A stretch of 64,000 nucleotides of DNA, taken from IMG/VR virus record IMGVR_UViG_3300023119_000004; one strand, 5' to 3'. Shown here piece after piece: positions 8,817 to 18,579 of this stretch. Every line of letters begins with the position of its first letter. Position 1 is the stretch's first letter. The stretch comes from a virus (taxonomy: Duplodnaviria; Caudoviricetes). Position numbers and translations under genes: made by a program. The notes beneath the pieces are model-generated. The model did no database searches. It was not told where the DNA came from and was given only the letters and a program-made list of their open reading frames with translations.

Positions 8817-8823
8817 AAACTCC

Positions 8824-9555
8824 TTACTTAGATTGTGCTGGAAGAATATAATCGTACTCAACCATTCCACTATCTACTGTGATTTGCATAGCACCTTGAT
8901 CTGAAATCTTCATGTTTAATTTACCATCAAGATTTAGAATTGCTTGTACTTGTGCTACAGGCCATGCCCAAGTGTGTTGTAATGCACCAGTTACACCTGT
9001 TTGGAAATTAAACTTACCAGCGTGTGTACTGTGATCACCAAAACTAAACACTAGGTTATCACCGTTAGTTGAAACATTAAAAGTTGGCTCTTCTGAATGC
9101 GCCGCACTTTGTAGTTTCATTCTATTAATACTTGCAACAGTTGGCTCAAACTCTACTTCCCAACTTGCACCTTTAAACTTAACACTCTTTAGTTTTTCTT
9201 CAATGATTTGTTTGTTCATAAAACGATAATCATTTTGGAAGTCACCTGCTTCGTTTTCAAAGTGAATGTGTGTTGGAACAGTTTCGCCATTACGTTCTGC
9301 TTTCTCTACAGAAAGTTTTGCGTTCTTTTGATACTCAGGATTCTTTAAGTGTAGTGCTAACTTGTCTAAGTTAGGCATACCAAAAGTACCATTGAACTCG
9401 CCTACGGAATTCTTTGCTTTTGCAGTTAAGATAACACTTCTATCTTCTGCCATACTTTCGATTGTTGTTGATTGATCATCGCCACTTACTTTAACTAGAT
9501 TAAGAAAACCTAGTGAATGTGTGTGTGCGACAACGTCTTGTAAAATGTCTTTCAT
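8824..9555 (-). CDS. DNA polymerase sliding clamp (T4 gp45-like)
   Basis: About 243 aa; FGMPNL..L, NDYRFM, C-terminal Y.Y.LPA clamp-like pattern; polB and clamp loader in same window. Confidence 0.7.
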   Translation of the reverse strand: MKDILQDVVAHTHSLGFLNLVKVSGDDQSTTIESMAEDRSVILTAKAKNSVGEFNGTFGMPNLDKLALHLKNPEYQKNAKLSVEKAERNGETVPTHIHFENEAGDFQNDYRFMNKQIIEEKLKSVKFKGASWEVEFEPTVASINRMKLQSAAHSEEPTFNVSTNGDNLVFSFGDHSTHAGKFNFQTGVTGALQHTWAWPVAQVQAILNLDGKLNMKISDQGAMQITVDSGMVEYDYILPAQSK

Positions 9556-9569
9556 TGGTTGCTTCTCCT

Positions 9570-10325
9570 TTATATTACATTATATTTAGGTTTTTGCGAA
9601 AAGTCAAGTTCTTTATTGGTCTCAATAAAGTCAAAAATATTAACTTTCGGCTTCCACCCTAAATTCTTTAAGACAGTTATATCGGCTGTATTGTCCATAC
9701 GTTCATTGTCCTTAGTTGTTTGTTCAGGATCAATGTTTGCCAATTTAGTTAAATCTGTAAGTGCTACAGACGTTCCTGTACCAATATCAATTATTCCTTT
9801 GGTATCTGTTTTGATTAATAGTAGAATTGCGTTTACAATATCACTGACGTGAATAAAATCTCTTTTATGGTTGGTAACGTAGGGGACATCGTTTCTTAGT
9901 AATCGAGGTATAAACATATTGGGCCTTGTCTGCTTGTTATTATATATAGTTGTAAATCGCATACCTAAACTGTTATCTGGCGCAATTTCTTCCATAACCT
10001 TTTTAGTCATCGCATAAGGATTTAAAAAAGGTTCTTTGGCTGTGCTAGAACTAGCATACAAAATTCTTGTGTTTGGAAAACTTTGAAAAATCTTTTTAGA
10101 TGCTATAACATTATTTTCCCAAAACAGTTTTGGATTATCAATGCTTCTTCGTAGTCCTGATTCTCCGGCAAGATGAATTACTAAATCAACATCAAAGTTT
10201 ATTTCTAGATCAAGTATATCATTACCTTCTAGTCTATCAATACCAATTACAAAATGTTCTTTTACTAACTCTGCATATAGTTCTTGACCTACTAAACCTT
10301 TATGTCCTGTTAGTAAAATTTTCAT
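9570..10325 (-). CDS. NAD-dependent epimerase/dehydratase (extended SDR)
   Basis: LLTGHKGLVG Rossmann motif, HLAG, ASSS, YAMTK (YxxxK), RDFIHVSD. Confidence 0.9.
   Translation of the reverse strand: MKILLTGHKGLVGQELYAELVKEHFVIGIDRLEGNDILDLEINFDVDLVIHLAGESGLRRSIDNPKLFWENNVIASKKIFQSFPNTRILYASSSTAKEPFLNPYAMTKKVMEEIAPDNSLGMRFTTIYNNKQTRPNMFIPRLLRNDVPYVTNHKRDFIHVSDIVNAILLLIKTDTKGIIDIGTGTSVALTDLTKLANIDPEQTTKDNERMDNTADITVLKNLGWKPKVNIFDFIETNKELDFSQKPKYNVI
9579..9607 (-). promoter_or_regulatory. sigma70-type promoter
   Basis: TTGACT-17-TATAAT, followed by AAGGAG and the clamp ATG. Confidence 0.8.
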
Positions 10326-10711
10326 ACTAATTCCTCAGCAATGTATCTTTTTAATTCTTTGTCTTGCACATCTGTAGGTATTTCATTTTTATAAAAAAGT
10401 CTATAACTGTCAGAACCGTACTTACCAATACCGTATAATTGTGTAGCATCTTCTCCATCCCAATCTTCAAATTGTTCGCTCATTCGATACAGTCTTTCTG
10501 CTCGAACACGTTGCATACCTAACGGCTTTAGCACATCTTCAATTTCTTTTTTAGTAGCATATAGCAAACTACTATGTGTAGGCCAACGTCTAAAGAACTC
10601 TGTAAGTACAGGTTTAGTTTGACGCCTGTTTACCTGATTAAGACATATAACGCCAACCATATGTTGCCATACATTGTCGACTTGCTGTTGAACCATTAGA
10701 TCATCACGCAT
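10322..10711 (-). CDS. MBD4-like HhH-GPD DNA glycosylase
   Basis: W.HMV.VICLNQ, LKPLGM...RA, HhH LYGIGKYGSDSY, catalytic D in VQDKEL; start likely MRDDLM at 10711. Confidence 0.8.
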   Translation of the reverse strand: MRDDLMVQQQVDNVWQHMVGVICLNQVNRRQTKPVLTEFFRRWPTHSSLLYATKKEIEDVLKPLGMQRVRAERLYRMSEQFEDWDGEDATQLYGIGKYGSDSYRLFYKNEIPTDVQDKELKRYIAEELV

Positions 10712-11033
10712 CGTATCTCTTTCCATCAAACACACAAACAAAGTATAATTCTTCATCACCTGCGTGTACACGATGAAATACTCCGTCTTGAATTAGTACT
10801 GTATCGCCTGGATAAACACTAAACGTTTCATCATCAAGTTGCATATTACCTGTACCTTCGATAAACAAGTAAACTTCTTCTTGACCTTCGTGTTTATGTC
10901 CTGTTGTACTTTTATTAGGTCTTAATCTAGTACTACTTACAATAAGATTTTTTAATCCTTTATTATCTTTTACAGTATAGCGGTCATCTTGTTTAACAAC
11001 TTCACCGCCTATATCCCAGTTACCGAATTTCAT
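10704..11033 (-). CDS. Cupin_2 domain protein
   Basis: GHKHEGQEEVYLFIEGTG...GD.VLI..GVFHRV. Confidence 0.85.
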   Translation of the reverse strand: MKFGNWDIGGEVVKQDDRYTVKDNKGLKNLIVSSTRLRPNKSTTGHKHEGQEEVYLFIEGTGNMQLDDETFSVYPGDTVLIQDGVFHRVHAGDEELYFVCVFDGKRYDA

Positions 11034-11572
11034 TTTTTCACTCCAAAATGTTTAAAGGTTGATTGGACACACTTTGCTTGATAATAACAATCTGCTAGTG
11101 CGTTGTGAGCCTCTTCTTGTATTGCCTTACGTGGATCACTTGGCATCATACTAAATAGAGTTCTGCTGTCTCTAATTTGCCAATAGTTCCATGGGCAAGG
11201 TTTTCCTACTTGTTTGTATAAATTTTGTAGAATAGCGTAGTCAAACAACGGACCTTGACACCAAAGTTGGTCAAGTCCAACACACCATTTATTAATTGCT
11301 TTTGTAAGTGTATCCATGTTTACTCTATTCTCATGATCACCAAATGCTTCGTCTTGAATATTTTGTTCTTGTCTACCCCACCAAGCAAGAGTATTATCAT
11401 CAATTGAACGATTATACTTTTCTGATTGCTCTTCGATATCACAACGTAGATATAATCCATCATGTGGCTCTGTATCAGAGTATGGATCAAACTTAATAGC
11501 ACCAAGTGTAATAACTACACTATCTGGTTCTACACCAAGTGTTTCTAAGTCTATCATTCCGTGAGTAGCCAT
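11030..11572 (-). CDS. DEDD 3'-5' exonuclease (Rv2179c/RNase AS-like)
   Basis: MIDLETL, QGPLFD, RDSRT, HNALADC. Confidence 0.85.
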   Translation of the reverse strand: MATHGMIDLETLGVEPDSVVITLGAIKFDPYSDTEPHDGLYLRCDIEEQSEKYNRSIDDNTLAWWGRQEQNIQDEAFGDHENRVNMDTLTKAINKWCVGLDQLWCQGPLFDYAILQNLYKQVGKPCPWNYWQIRDSRTLFSMMPSDPRKAIQEEAHNALADCYYQAKCVQSTFKHFGVKK

Positions 11573-14242
11573 TTATTCTCCAAAGTCAAATAAATTGTTA
11601 AACGTATTTTTCTGTTGTGTACTACTTAGATCATAATCCAACACACCGATAAGGTTATCTAGTTTATTATCAATAATAGTACCTTCCATAGCATCGTCAT
11701 CAAATGGAAGTTCTTTAAACCAGTCCGGCAAACGTAGTTCATCTGTAGGATATGCAACACTTGTATACCCTAATGGATTCTGTTTTAGTTTACAAACAAT
11801 AACTTTCATACCATCTACAATTTCTTGCGAGTATTTGTCACCGTTCATTTTCTTCAGTGTATTCCAATTGATACTTGCTCGAACGTGACCAGGCATATTT
11901 GTTTTGCCATCACGTTGTTCTTTTCGTAAGTATTCACCAATCTTGTTTGCACGTTTAGGCGAACCTTTTTCAAAGCCAGGACGTATTTTAAATTCAGTTC
12001 TAAATTCTGTAATACGATCTAATACTTCTTTTTCAGATGCTTCTTTTAAAACCATAAGTAATAGTTCACTTAAAAATTCCTGCATAAACACAGGAGTATC
12101 TGAACGTTTAAGATCAAGACCCATTGCTTTTACTTTACCTGGCTTGCCATCAACATCTTTACGTTCACCTTCTTCATCATATACAAGTGCCGCATAACGT
12201 TTCTTTGTAATGTATAATCCTGTTTCAGCAACAATTTCTCTACCTGCCGCAATAACATCTGAACGACTCTTTGGACAGTGAAATGCCTTTGCCATAAAGG
12301 CTTCAAAAGAACTGTTTGCTTCATCGCATACTTGGTCATAAAGTTTAATTACACTTTCTTTAGTCCACGGTATTTGACCTTCTTCAATTTCTTTCTTAAG
12401 AACTGGATATGCACTAAAGTACACAGAGTCAGTATCACCATAGATAACACTTTCGCCTACGTGATCATATGTACCTGTAATAACTTTGTTTACTTCAGCG
12501 GCCATATGTTTTGCAATTTGTCTACCTGTTAGTGTAGTTGATTGTCCTATCCTCGGGTCAAAAAATCTGCAACCAGGATTAAGAATGGCCCCGTAAAGAG
12601 AGTTAAGATTAATCTTTTTAACAAGTTGCCTTTTGTCCCAAAATGCAATTTCAATTTTGTTTCCTGCATCAATTGCCTTCTTCTTCATTGCTTGGAGTTC
12701 TTTACGTTCAGCATACCAACGTTTTAGTAGTCCTGGAATAACACCATCAAACTCGGTTGTAAGTATTGTTCCGTTTGCTGTAAGCATCCAAGGGTTATTG
12801 CTATCAAAGATAATTTTATGAACTTCTGCCGCACTATATACTTCAGGTTCTTTACCTTCCCAGTCTACAGTAATGTCAAAGTCTTTTCTCTTTTCCATAA
12901 CTGCATCATATTCTAATGTTCCAAACTTACCTTCCCAAGCACCTGCAAATGATTTCTTTTGCAATGTCATTGCTTCTTCTAAGTATGCTTGTGTGTGATC
13001 AGGACGTAGTTGTCCAACGATAGTTGCTGGATCCATATTCAATGCACGAATCACAGATGGATATAGTGAATTCAAGTCCATCGAACCAATCCACTTGTGT
13101 ACACCTTTTTTAGGAAATGCAACATAAGCACCTGCCGCAGGATCACTACCTGGTTCACGTTTTGTCCTGTTAGGAACTTGTAGTCCTCTGTGATGTGCTT
13201 CGTTAATAATTGCTTGTTCTGTAACTGCTACCGCACCCATTGTGGTCTGTAGCAAAACCGTATTTGCGTGTGCTAGTTCATTTGATAGGTCAATGAACTT
13301 TAGTTTTTGGTCCAACTTGTCCAGTAGTGCAACGTCTTGTCGGTTGTATTCGATGAACTTTCTGAAATCATTGTTATAAAGTTGATCGAGCGTACCTTCG
13401 TAAACAGTTTTGTTTTCGCCGACTTCCATTTCACCAATGGCATCAAGTCTGTAAGTATGTCTTTCTTCATATGTGTATTTACGATATAATTCCAAACTAT
13501 CTAAATGCACTCTGCCTACTAGGTCATAGGTTTGTGCTGTTTTACCAAACTTTTCATACTCACGTTTTTTAGGAAGTTGTTTCCATAAACAAAAACGTCT
13601 TGTATCATCTTTGCTTAGTACACGAGCAACACGATTAACTGTGTAAGGAATATCATAACCTTCACTGTTCCAACCACTTAGTATATCTGCATCTTGAATA
13701 ATATCTAAGAATGCTTCAAGCATATCGCCTTCGTTATCATACAAGTATGTGTTTGGAAATTCTTTTACTTCTTCTTTTGCTTGTTCCATTGTCAAACCTT
13801 TAGGCGGCATTGCAAATGTAACAAGACTATCTAGCCATTGTAAGTGTACTGTAATTGCAGTAATTGGCATAAATGGATCGCTTGGATCTGCGAATCCACG
13901 TTCTGGATCAAAGTCAGTCTCAATGTCAAAGAAGCAAACATTTAGTTTTGGAGCATCAACGTTTAAATAATTTTCACTTAAACATTGGAATATAGGATTA
14001 ATATCACTTTCAAACAGTTCTTTGTTTTGATTAATAGCAAGTTCTTTTCTAAATTGCTTTGTATTTTTTGCTACAATACGTGATAACGGATCGCCAAAGA
14101 TACTTTTATACTTTCCTCTTTGGTCTTTATAATAGAATGTATATTTAATTGGATATTCTGTAAGGTGTCGCTTACCGTCTTTTCGTTCTACTACACGAAT
14201 AATATCTTGGTCGCGATCAAAGATTGCATCTACATAACTCAT
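11573..14242 (-). CDS. polB: Family B DNA polymerase (T4 gp43-like)
   Basis: Exo DIETD, WNSEGYD, Y.LD.I; pol DLNSLYPS, KINLNSLYG, YGDTDS, KKRY; no intein evident. Confidence 0.97.
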   Translation of the reverse strand: MSYVDAIFDRDQDIIRVVERKDGKRHLTEYPIKYTFYYKDQRGKYKSIFGDPLSRIVAKNTKQFRKELAINQNKELFESDINPIFQCLSENYLNVDAPKLNVCFFDIETDFDPERGFADPSDPFMPITAITVHLQWLDSLVTFAMPPKGLTMEQAKEEVKEFPNTYLYDNEGDMLEAFLDIIQDADILSGWNSEGYDIPYTVNRVARVLSKDDTRRFCLWKQLPKKREYEKFGKTAQTYDLVGRVHLDSLELYRKYTYEERHTYRLDAIGEMEVGENKTVYEGTLDQLYNNDFRKFIEYNRQDVALLDKLDQKLKFIDLSNELAHANTVLLQTTMGAVAVTEQAIINEAHHRGLQVPNRTKREPGSDPAAGAYVAFPKKGVHKWIGSMDLNSLYPSVIRALNMDPATIVGQLRPDHTQAYLEEAMTLQKKSFAGAWEGKFGTLEYDAVMEKRKDFDITVDWEGKEPEVYSAAEVHKIIFDSNNPWMLTANGTILTTEFDGVIPGLLKRWYAERKELQAMKKKAIDAGNKIEIAFWDKRQLVKKINLNSLYGAILNPGCRFFDPRIGQSTTLTGRQIAKHMAAEVNKVITGTYDHVGESVIYGDTDSVYFSAYPVLKKEIEEGQIPWTKESVIKLYDQVCDEANSSFEAFMAKAFHCPKSRSDVIAAGREIVAETGLYITKKRYAALVYDEEGERKDVDGKPGKVKAMGLDLKRSDTPVFMQEFLSELLLMVLKEASEKEVLDRITEFRTEFKIRPGFEKGSPKRANKIGEYLRKEQRDGKTNMPGHVRASINWNTLKKMNGDKYSQEIVDGMKVIVCKLKQNPLGYTSVAYPTDELRLPDWFKELPFDDDAMEGTIIDNKLDNLIGVLDYDLSSTQQKNTFNNLFDFGE

Positions 14243-14253
14243 TTTTTCTCCTG

Positions 14254-14275
14254 TTTGTCACTTCAGGCTGACAAA
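14254..14275 (-). promoter_or_regulatory. Hairpin immediately 5' of the polB Shine-Dalgarno (candidate translational operator)
   Basis: mRNA UUUGUCA-GCCUGAAG-UGACAAA-C-AGGAG-AAAAA-AUG: 7-bp stem, 8-nt loop. Confidence 0.55.
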
Positions 14276-14289
14276 TACCAACTAATCGT

Positions 14290-14565
14290 TTACTGGCCGA
14301 TAACACCATACAAATGTTTAAAAATGCCTACTAAGTATATAATTGTTAGTACGCCGTTTAAAACTATTAATGACTTCTCTTTCCAAAGTATTCCAACTAC
14401 TGTCCAAATAGTAGATGCAATACCAAATCCGTATGTAGCATAAACTTGATTATCTAAAGCAGATAACGTAGTTGCCGCTAATAGCAAGACAGCAGTTGCC
14501 ACCCATGCTAACGGTTGGTAGGGTTTAGTCTGTACTTCCTTGTTGTTTAAAGTATTCTTTATCAT
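14290..14565 (-). CDS. Small membrane protein (about 3 TM)
   Basis: Hydrophobic segments throughout. Confidence 0.7.
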   Translation of the reverse strand: MIKNTLNNKEVQTKPYQPLAWVATAVLLLAATTLSALDNQVYATYGFGIASTIWTVVGILWKEKSLIVLNGVLTIIYLVGIFKHLYGVIGQ

Positions 14566-14836
14566 TTATTGCCTTATCATCTATCCAAATATCATAATGT
14601 GGTTTGCCAAATCTTACACTAGTAAATTTAACTCCCCAGCCTTTAAGTTGTTTCATTGTAAAGTCTTGCCAATCTTTGCCTGATACTGCACCTCGTGCAG
14701 TCCAATAATGAATGTCATGGCCTTCATCAAACAACTTATTAAAGTGAGCGATTCTATCTAAATCGGGTTCACTTTTTTCATAATTACTATCGTTAGTATA
14801 GCAGATTGTGTTGTCAATGTCAACCATATATTTCAT
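14525..14836 (-). CDS. Minimal HAD-superfamily phosphatase
   Basis: VDIDNTI (DxDxT), WTARG, GKP..D.WIDDK. Confidence 0.85.
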   Translation of the reverse strand: MKYMVDIDNTICYTNDSNYEKSEPDLDRIAHFNKLFDEGHDIHYWTARGAVSGKDWQDFTMKQLKGWGVKFTSVRFGKPHYDIWIDDKAINDKEYFKQQGSTD

Positions 14837-14841
14837 CTATT

Positions 14842-15123
14842 TTACCACCATCCCATTGCTACGCCAAATCCAAAAATGTTTACACTAAGAAAGTAGTAAA
14901 CCATTACTAATGGCCATGCAAGTTTTCGTCTTGTATATGTAAAAATTGCTAGTGCTGAACCTAGCATAAATCCTGGATAAACAATACGCATATCCGGGTC
15001 AGCGGCATTAATGGCTAGAGTCATACTTGCACCTATAGTAACTAAGGTACCTATCATTTCTAACCAAAATGCTAAAGGGTCTTGTTTTTTTGCTTCTTTC
15101 CAGAAGTTGATAATTTTATTCAT
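14842..15123 (-). CDS. Small membrane protein (about 3 TM)
   Basis: Hydrophobic segments; similar architecture to 14290..14565. Confidence 0.7.
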   Translation of the reverse strand: MNKIINFWKEAKKQDPLAFWLEMIGTLVTIGASMTLAINAADPDMRIVYPGFMLGSALAIFTYTRRKLAWPLVMVYYFLSVNIFGFGVAMGWW

Positions 15124-15386
15124 TATAGTTTATCACGTCCTACAGTAACAATCAATGTTTCTAGGTCGTCAAAATCATCAGCAACTTTACCCCATTCACC
15201 TTTTTGTGCAATCTTAATTGCTTTGTTAATTAGTGATGGTTTAATGTTTAGTTCTTCTGCAACTGCTTTAACAGTATCTTTCAAACCTTCTTGTAAGTCT
15301 GAAATTTCTTGAAGTACTGTTACGCCTTCGTTAACCAATCTTTCTAGTTTGGCTTTTTCGTCTGCGCCGTAAGTTCGGTCACTCAT
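15123..15386 (-). CDS. T4 DsbA-like dsDNA-binding protein
   Basis: 87 aa; L.D....VAEEL.IKP..INKAI helical pattern; own promoter and AGGAG RBS. Confidence 0.6.
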   Translation of the reverse strand: MSDRTYGADEKAKLERLVNEGVTVLQEISDLQEGLKDTVKAVAEELNIKPSLINKAIKIAQKGEWGKVADDFDDLETLIVTVGRDKL

Positions 15387-15411
15387 TTGTTTCTCCTATG
15401 TTATAATGTGT

Positions 15412-15440
15412 ATTATATATTCGTTTGTTCTTAATGTCAA
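15412..15440 (-). promoter_or_regulatory. sigma70-type promoter
   Basis: Perfect TTGACA-17-TATAAT; likely drives the run of genes down to polB. Confidence 0.85.
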
Positions 15441-15973
15441 GTCGCTTGTGGTCTTTCCATAGTCAAATTGCCACTAACAATAACTCGTTCAAAATCTGTT
15501 TCTTGAATTGGTACCATGTGTGTTACCCAACCAGGAAAAATAACAATAAGACCTGGTTCGGGTTGAATGGCTCTTTCAGCAGTTGGAAATACTAAAGGAG
15601 CACATTCTTCCGAAGCATCAACATAATAACAAAAACTCCAAAGTGCTGGATGATGGGCGTGTGGTAGGGTTTCACCTCCTCTTTTATAAATTGCACCCCA
15701 GCAATCTGTTGCATAAAAATTTCCTTGTGGTACTGGATCTAATCCTTCTTCCAAAAGTTCTATAGCAAAGTCAATAATTTTTTTGAAATGCGGATTGTCA
15801 TACATAGTCCAACGTGTCATATCCGCTTTGACATTTGTTTTATGGTATTGTTGATCACCTTGTTCCTTAATACAAGAAATAAGGTCTGCTTTGATAGATT
15901 CCTTTTCGTGGAACATACCAGTAAAAATATTCGCTCGTTCTTTAAACTCAAAAGTTTGAATATGTGGTACCAT
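15437..15973 (-). CDS. 2OG-Fe(II) oxygenase (TIGR02466-like)
   Basis: HAHHPALWSFCYY...FPGWVTH.V...RVIVSGN. Confidence 0.8.
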   Translation of the reverse strand: MVPHIQTFEFKERANIFTGMFHEKESIKADLISCIKEQGDQQYHKTNVKADMTRWTMYDNPHFKKIIDFAIELLEEGLDPVPQGNFYATDCWGAIYKRGGETLPHAHHPALWSFCYYVDASEECAPLVFPTAERAIQPEPGLIVIFPGWVTHMVPIQETDFERVIVSGNLTMERPQAT

Positions 15974-15991
15974 GCAAATATTTATGATATG

Positions 15992-16642
15992 CTAGGTGTC
16001 TAAGGTTTCGTTGCGGTCCTTGTAGTGCCACTCGTCTGTGTGTCCTACACTCCACTTAGGAGTATTTTCAACTGTGTAGTTTTGGGTGCATACTTTGAAG
16101 TCTGGTGTTTTACGATCAGTTGGAACAAGACTTTGATCTGTAAACACTACTCTGTTATTTGGTTGTGCGGCAAATTGTCCGTTGTCTAATTTAATTACAT
16201 TAAATGATTTGTGTTCTGGATCGTGTTCTGCAAAGTTTTGATTAAGAGCAGTTTTATCTCTATGACAATTATCAATAGTAAAAAGATATTCACCTTTATG
16301 CATTTTACGATCTTTGCCAAAAAATTCACAATCACTTAGCATAGGCTTTTTAATTACTGTAATATCGTAATCAAAGCAATCCCAAATCTGTAGTGTATCT
16401 AAAGGAAGTTGTTCGCTATGTAAGTAATCTTCTTTCCAAACAAACGCACTAAGAGGTAATTTATCGTATAATGCACCGTACTCTGTTAGTAGTGTTTCAA
16501 AATATAATGCTCTACCTTCTATACTTTTAACACTAATCCATAACCCAGGAGTAACTTCTCCGTGACCTTTTTGATGGTCATATAAGAATTCCTTCTTTAC
16601 AAAAACTTCGATAGGTGGTAGGTTATGAACTAAAAAGGCCAT
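15992..16642 (-). CDS. Hypothetical protein
   Basis: 216 aa; AGGAG RBS and late-type ACTAAATA upstream (16669-16676). Confidence 0.8.
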   Translation of the reverse strand: MAFLVHNLPPIEVFVKKEFLYDHQKGHGEVTPGLWISVKSIEGRALYFETLLTEYGALYDKLPLSAFVWKEDYLHSEQLPLDTLQIWDCFDYDITVIKKPMLSDCEFFGKDRKMHKGEYLFTIDNCHRDKTALNQNFAEHDPEHKSFNVIKLDNGQFAAQPNNRVVFTDQSLVPTDRKTPDFKVCTQNYTVENTPKWSVGHTDEWHYKDRNETLDT

Positions 16643-16671
16643 ATGTTCTCCTAGGTTAATACTAGAGTTAT

Positions 16672-16980
16672 TTAGTTATTTTTGCTTTGAACTTTTGCTA
16701 GATAGTCACGAAACAGTGAGCCATGTTCACCGCGAATATCTTCTGGTTCTTTTGGAGAGTGCATACCGCCACCAGCGTCAGTAGTAACTGCTTCAATGTC
16801 AGCATACTGTTCTTTTGGTGCATTTGCAACAGATCCACATCCGCAATCATCGTCGGGAATTAAATCCTTTACTTGATCAAAACGTCGGTCATCATCTGTT
16901 TTGTTAATAGTAATATCTATTTTAGGTTGTTCAGCATCGATAATATCTAAAAAGCCTCTAATAAGATCTGCTATTCTCAT
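16672..16980 (-). CDS. Putative head-internal protein
   Basis: N-terminus MRIADLIRGFLDIIDAE; acidic. Confidence 0.6.
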   Translation of the reverse strand: MRIADLIRGFLDIIDAEQPKIDITINKTDDDRRFDQVKDLIPDDDCGCGSVANAPKEQYADIEAVTTDAGGGMHSPKEPEDIRGEHGSLFRDYLAKVQSKNN

Positions 16981-17927
16981 TGTTGCCCACCCTTATTTGC
17001 TTGTTTCATTAATTGTTTAAACTTGCCCATAAGTTGTGGATCTTGCATTATAGTCATAATGCTTTGAGCATACGGTGAAATTGCTTTAAGCACATTTGGT
17101 GGAACAGTTTGGCCTTGTGCAACTTTATCTAGTCCTTTAGCAACTTGAGCACCACTTGCTGTTGATCCTGTAACACCTTTAAGTGCTGTTGCTTTTTGTG
17201 CAACCTTTTGCGTATCTGCACCACCGGCCATTCCAGCAACTTTACCTGCAAGTCCGCCTTGTTGTTGTGCCGCCGCTTTAACTTCATCAGGTGTCGCACC
17301 AGCCGCTTTTGCTACTGCACCTACAGCCATATTAGCACCTTTTTGTGCTACTTTACCAGCCGCTTTTTTTAACATTCCTACACCCGGAGGTGCTTCGCTA
17401 ATAGAAGGATTAAAGTAAGGATTAGTTTCCTTTTCTTTAACCATTGCTTGACCTTTTGCCAGTGCTTTATTAAATTGTTTTAAACCTGTTTGTGGATCTT
17501 GTGTATTCTTACCGTCACTCCATTGTGTTCCGTCCCATTGCCAAGTAGTATTGCCATCGTTAAATGCACTACCGGGTTTTAGTTTACCGACATCTTTAAT
17601 TGGTTGTGGTTTTGTTGGAGCAGGAGCAGGAGCAGGTTCTGCTTTTGGTGCAGGTTTCTCTTTAGCAGGTTTGTCAAAGTCTTTGCCTTTAACATAAGCA
17701 TCTATATCTTTACCGTGATCAATACCACCATCTGGAACATTAGGATCGATTTGATAATTTGATGCGTATTTCTTATTAACTGCTTTATTTAATTTACTAA
17801 GCCAGTTACCTACTGCACCTGTACGTAGTTTGTTATCTGCTCTGTCTAATGATGCTTTAGGATTGAATCCGCCTGGAGGTGCTTCATTTAAGCCTTCGAA
17901 CTCTTCTGTGATGTCCGAAAGTTTCAT
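16977..17927 (-). CDS. Putative head-internal protein, Ala/Gly/Lys-rich
   Basis: MKLSDITEE..LNE; PAPAP linker; WQWDGTQW module. Confidence 0.6.
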   Translation of the reverse strand: MKLSDITEEFEGLNEAPPGGFNPKASLDRADNKLRTGAVGNWLSKLNKAVNKKYASNYQIDPNVPDGGIDHGKDIDAYVKGKDFDKPAKEKPAPKAEPAPAPAPTKPQPIKDVGKLKPGSAFNDGNTTWQWDGTQWSDGKNTQDPQTGLKQFNKALAKGQAMVKEKETNPYFNPSISEAPPGVGMLKKAAGKVAQKGANMAVGAVAKAAGATPDEVKAAAQQQGGLAGKVAGMAGGADTQKVAQKATALKGVTGSTASGAQVAKGLDKVAQGQTVPPNVLKAISPYAQSIMTIMQDPQLMGKFKQLMKQANKGGQQ

Positions 17928-17928
17928 A

Positions 17929-18336
17929 TTACTCTCCTAGTGATTCTGATAGTCTTTGTTCTAGTTTTGAAATGTAAGAATCTTTGTTTTCGTTCTTTTC
18001 TGCTTTAGCGGCGTGTACTGCTTTGCGTTGTGCATCGTTTTTGTACTTGCCTTCAGTAGCAACTTCGTCGAATTTTGTTTGATAATCCATATGATGATAA
18101 ACAGAACCTAAATAGTCAGCGGCTTTGGTAATCTTAGCCTGTACCCACCCTTCTAAGCCTTCTTGCTCAGATACGCTTTTAAGCATTTCGTGTAACTTGA
18201 TTGAATACTTTGCTAACTTGTATAAATCTGCACGTGCCATTTGTACTTCATGATCACGTTCGGCCATATCAGCCATGTCGGCTAAGCCTTCGTTAAGTAA
18301 TTTTTCTGCTTCAATCATTAGTTTGTCCTGTTTCAT
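17929..18336 (-). CDS. Putative head-internal protein
   Basis: LLNE...DHEVQMA...LEGWVQAKIT module; GATAAATA 5 nt upstream of ATG. Confidence 0.65.
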   Translation of the reverse strand: MKQDKLMIEAEKLLNEGLADMADMAERDHEVQMARADLYKLAKYSIKLHEMLKSVSEQEGLEGWVQAKITKAADYLGSVYHHMDYQTKFDEVATEGKYKNDAQRKAVHAAKAEKNENKDSYISKLEQRLSESLGE

Positions 18337-18341
18337 ACTAG

Positions 18342-18349
18342 TATTTATC
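18342..18349 (-). promoter_or_regulatory. Late promoter (T4 gp55-type), leaderless
   Basis: GATAAATA-5 nt-ATG. Confidence 0.65.
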
Positions 18350-18575
18350 TTTTAACTGTTTTGCCACCCATCAAATTGTTATCAATGTCGAGGGCGTTTT
18401 TAGCAGTTCCATCTGGATTTTTCTTTTGCGGAGCCTTAGGCAGTCCTTTTGAATCCTTAGGACGCTGTCCATATGCTTGTGCTGGATTAACTACTGTAGC
18501 AATAGCACCGGCACTTGTAGCACCCGCTGTTGCTGTTTCGTCTACTTTTCTATTAAATATTTCTCTTATTAGCAT
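18345..18575 (-). CDS. Putative head-internal protein
   Basis: MLIREIFNRKVDE-TATAGATSAGAIA. Confidence 0.65.
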   Translation of the reverse strand: MLIREIFNRKVDETATAGATSAGAIATVVNPAQAYGQRPKDSKGLPKAPQKKNPDGTAKNALDIDNNLMGGKTVKR

Positions 18576-18579
18576 AGTA

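Noticed and set aside
17610-17680. CCTGCT-type short repeats
   Set aside because: Simply encode the PAPAP linker
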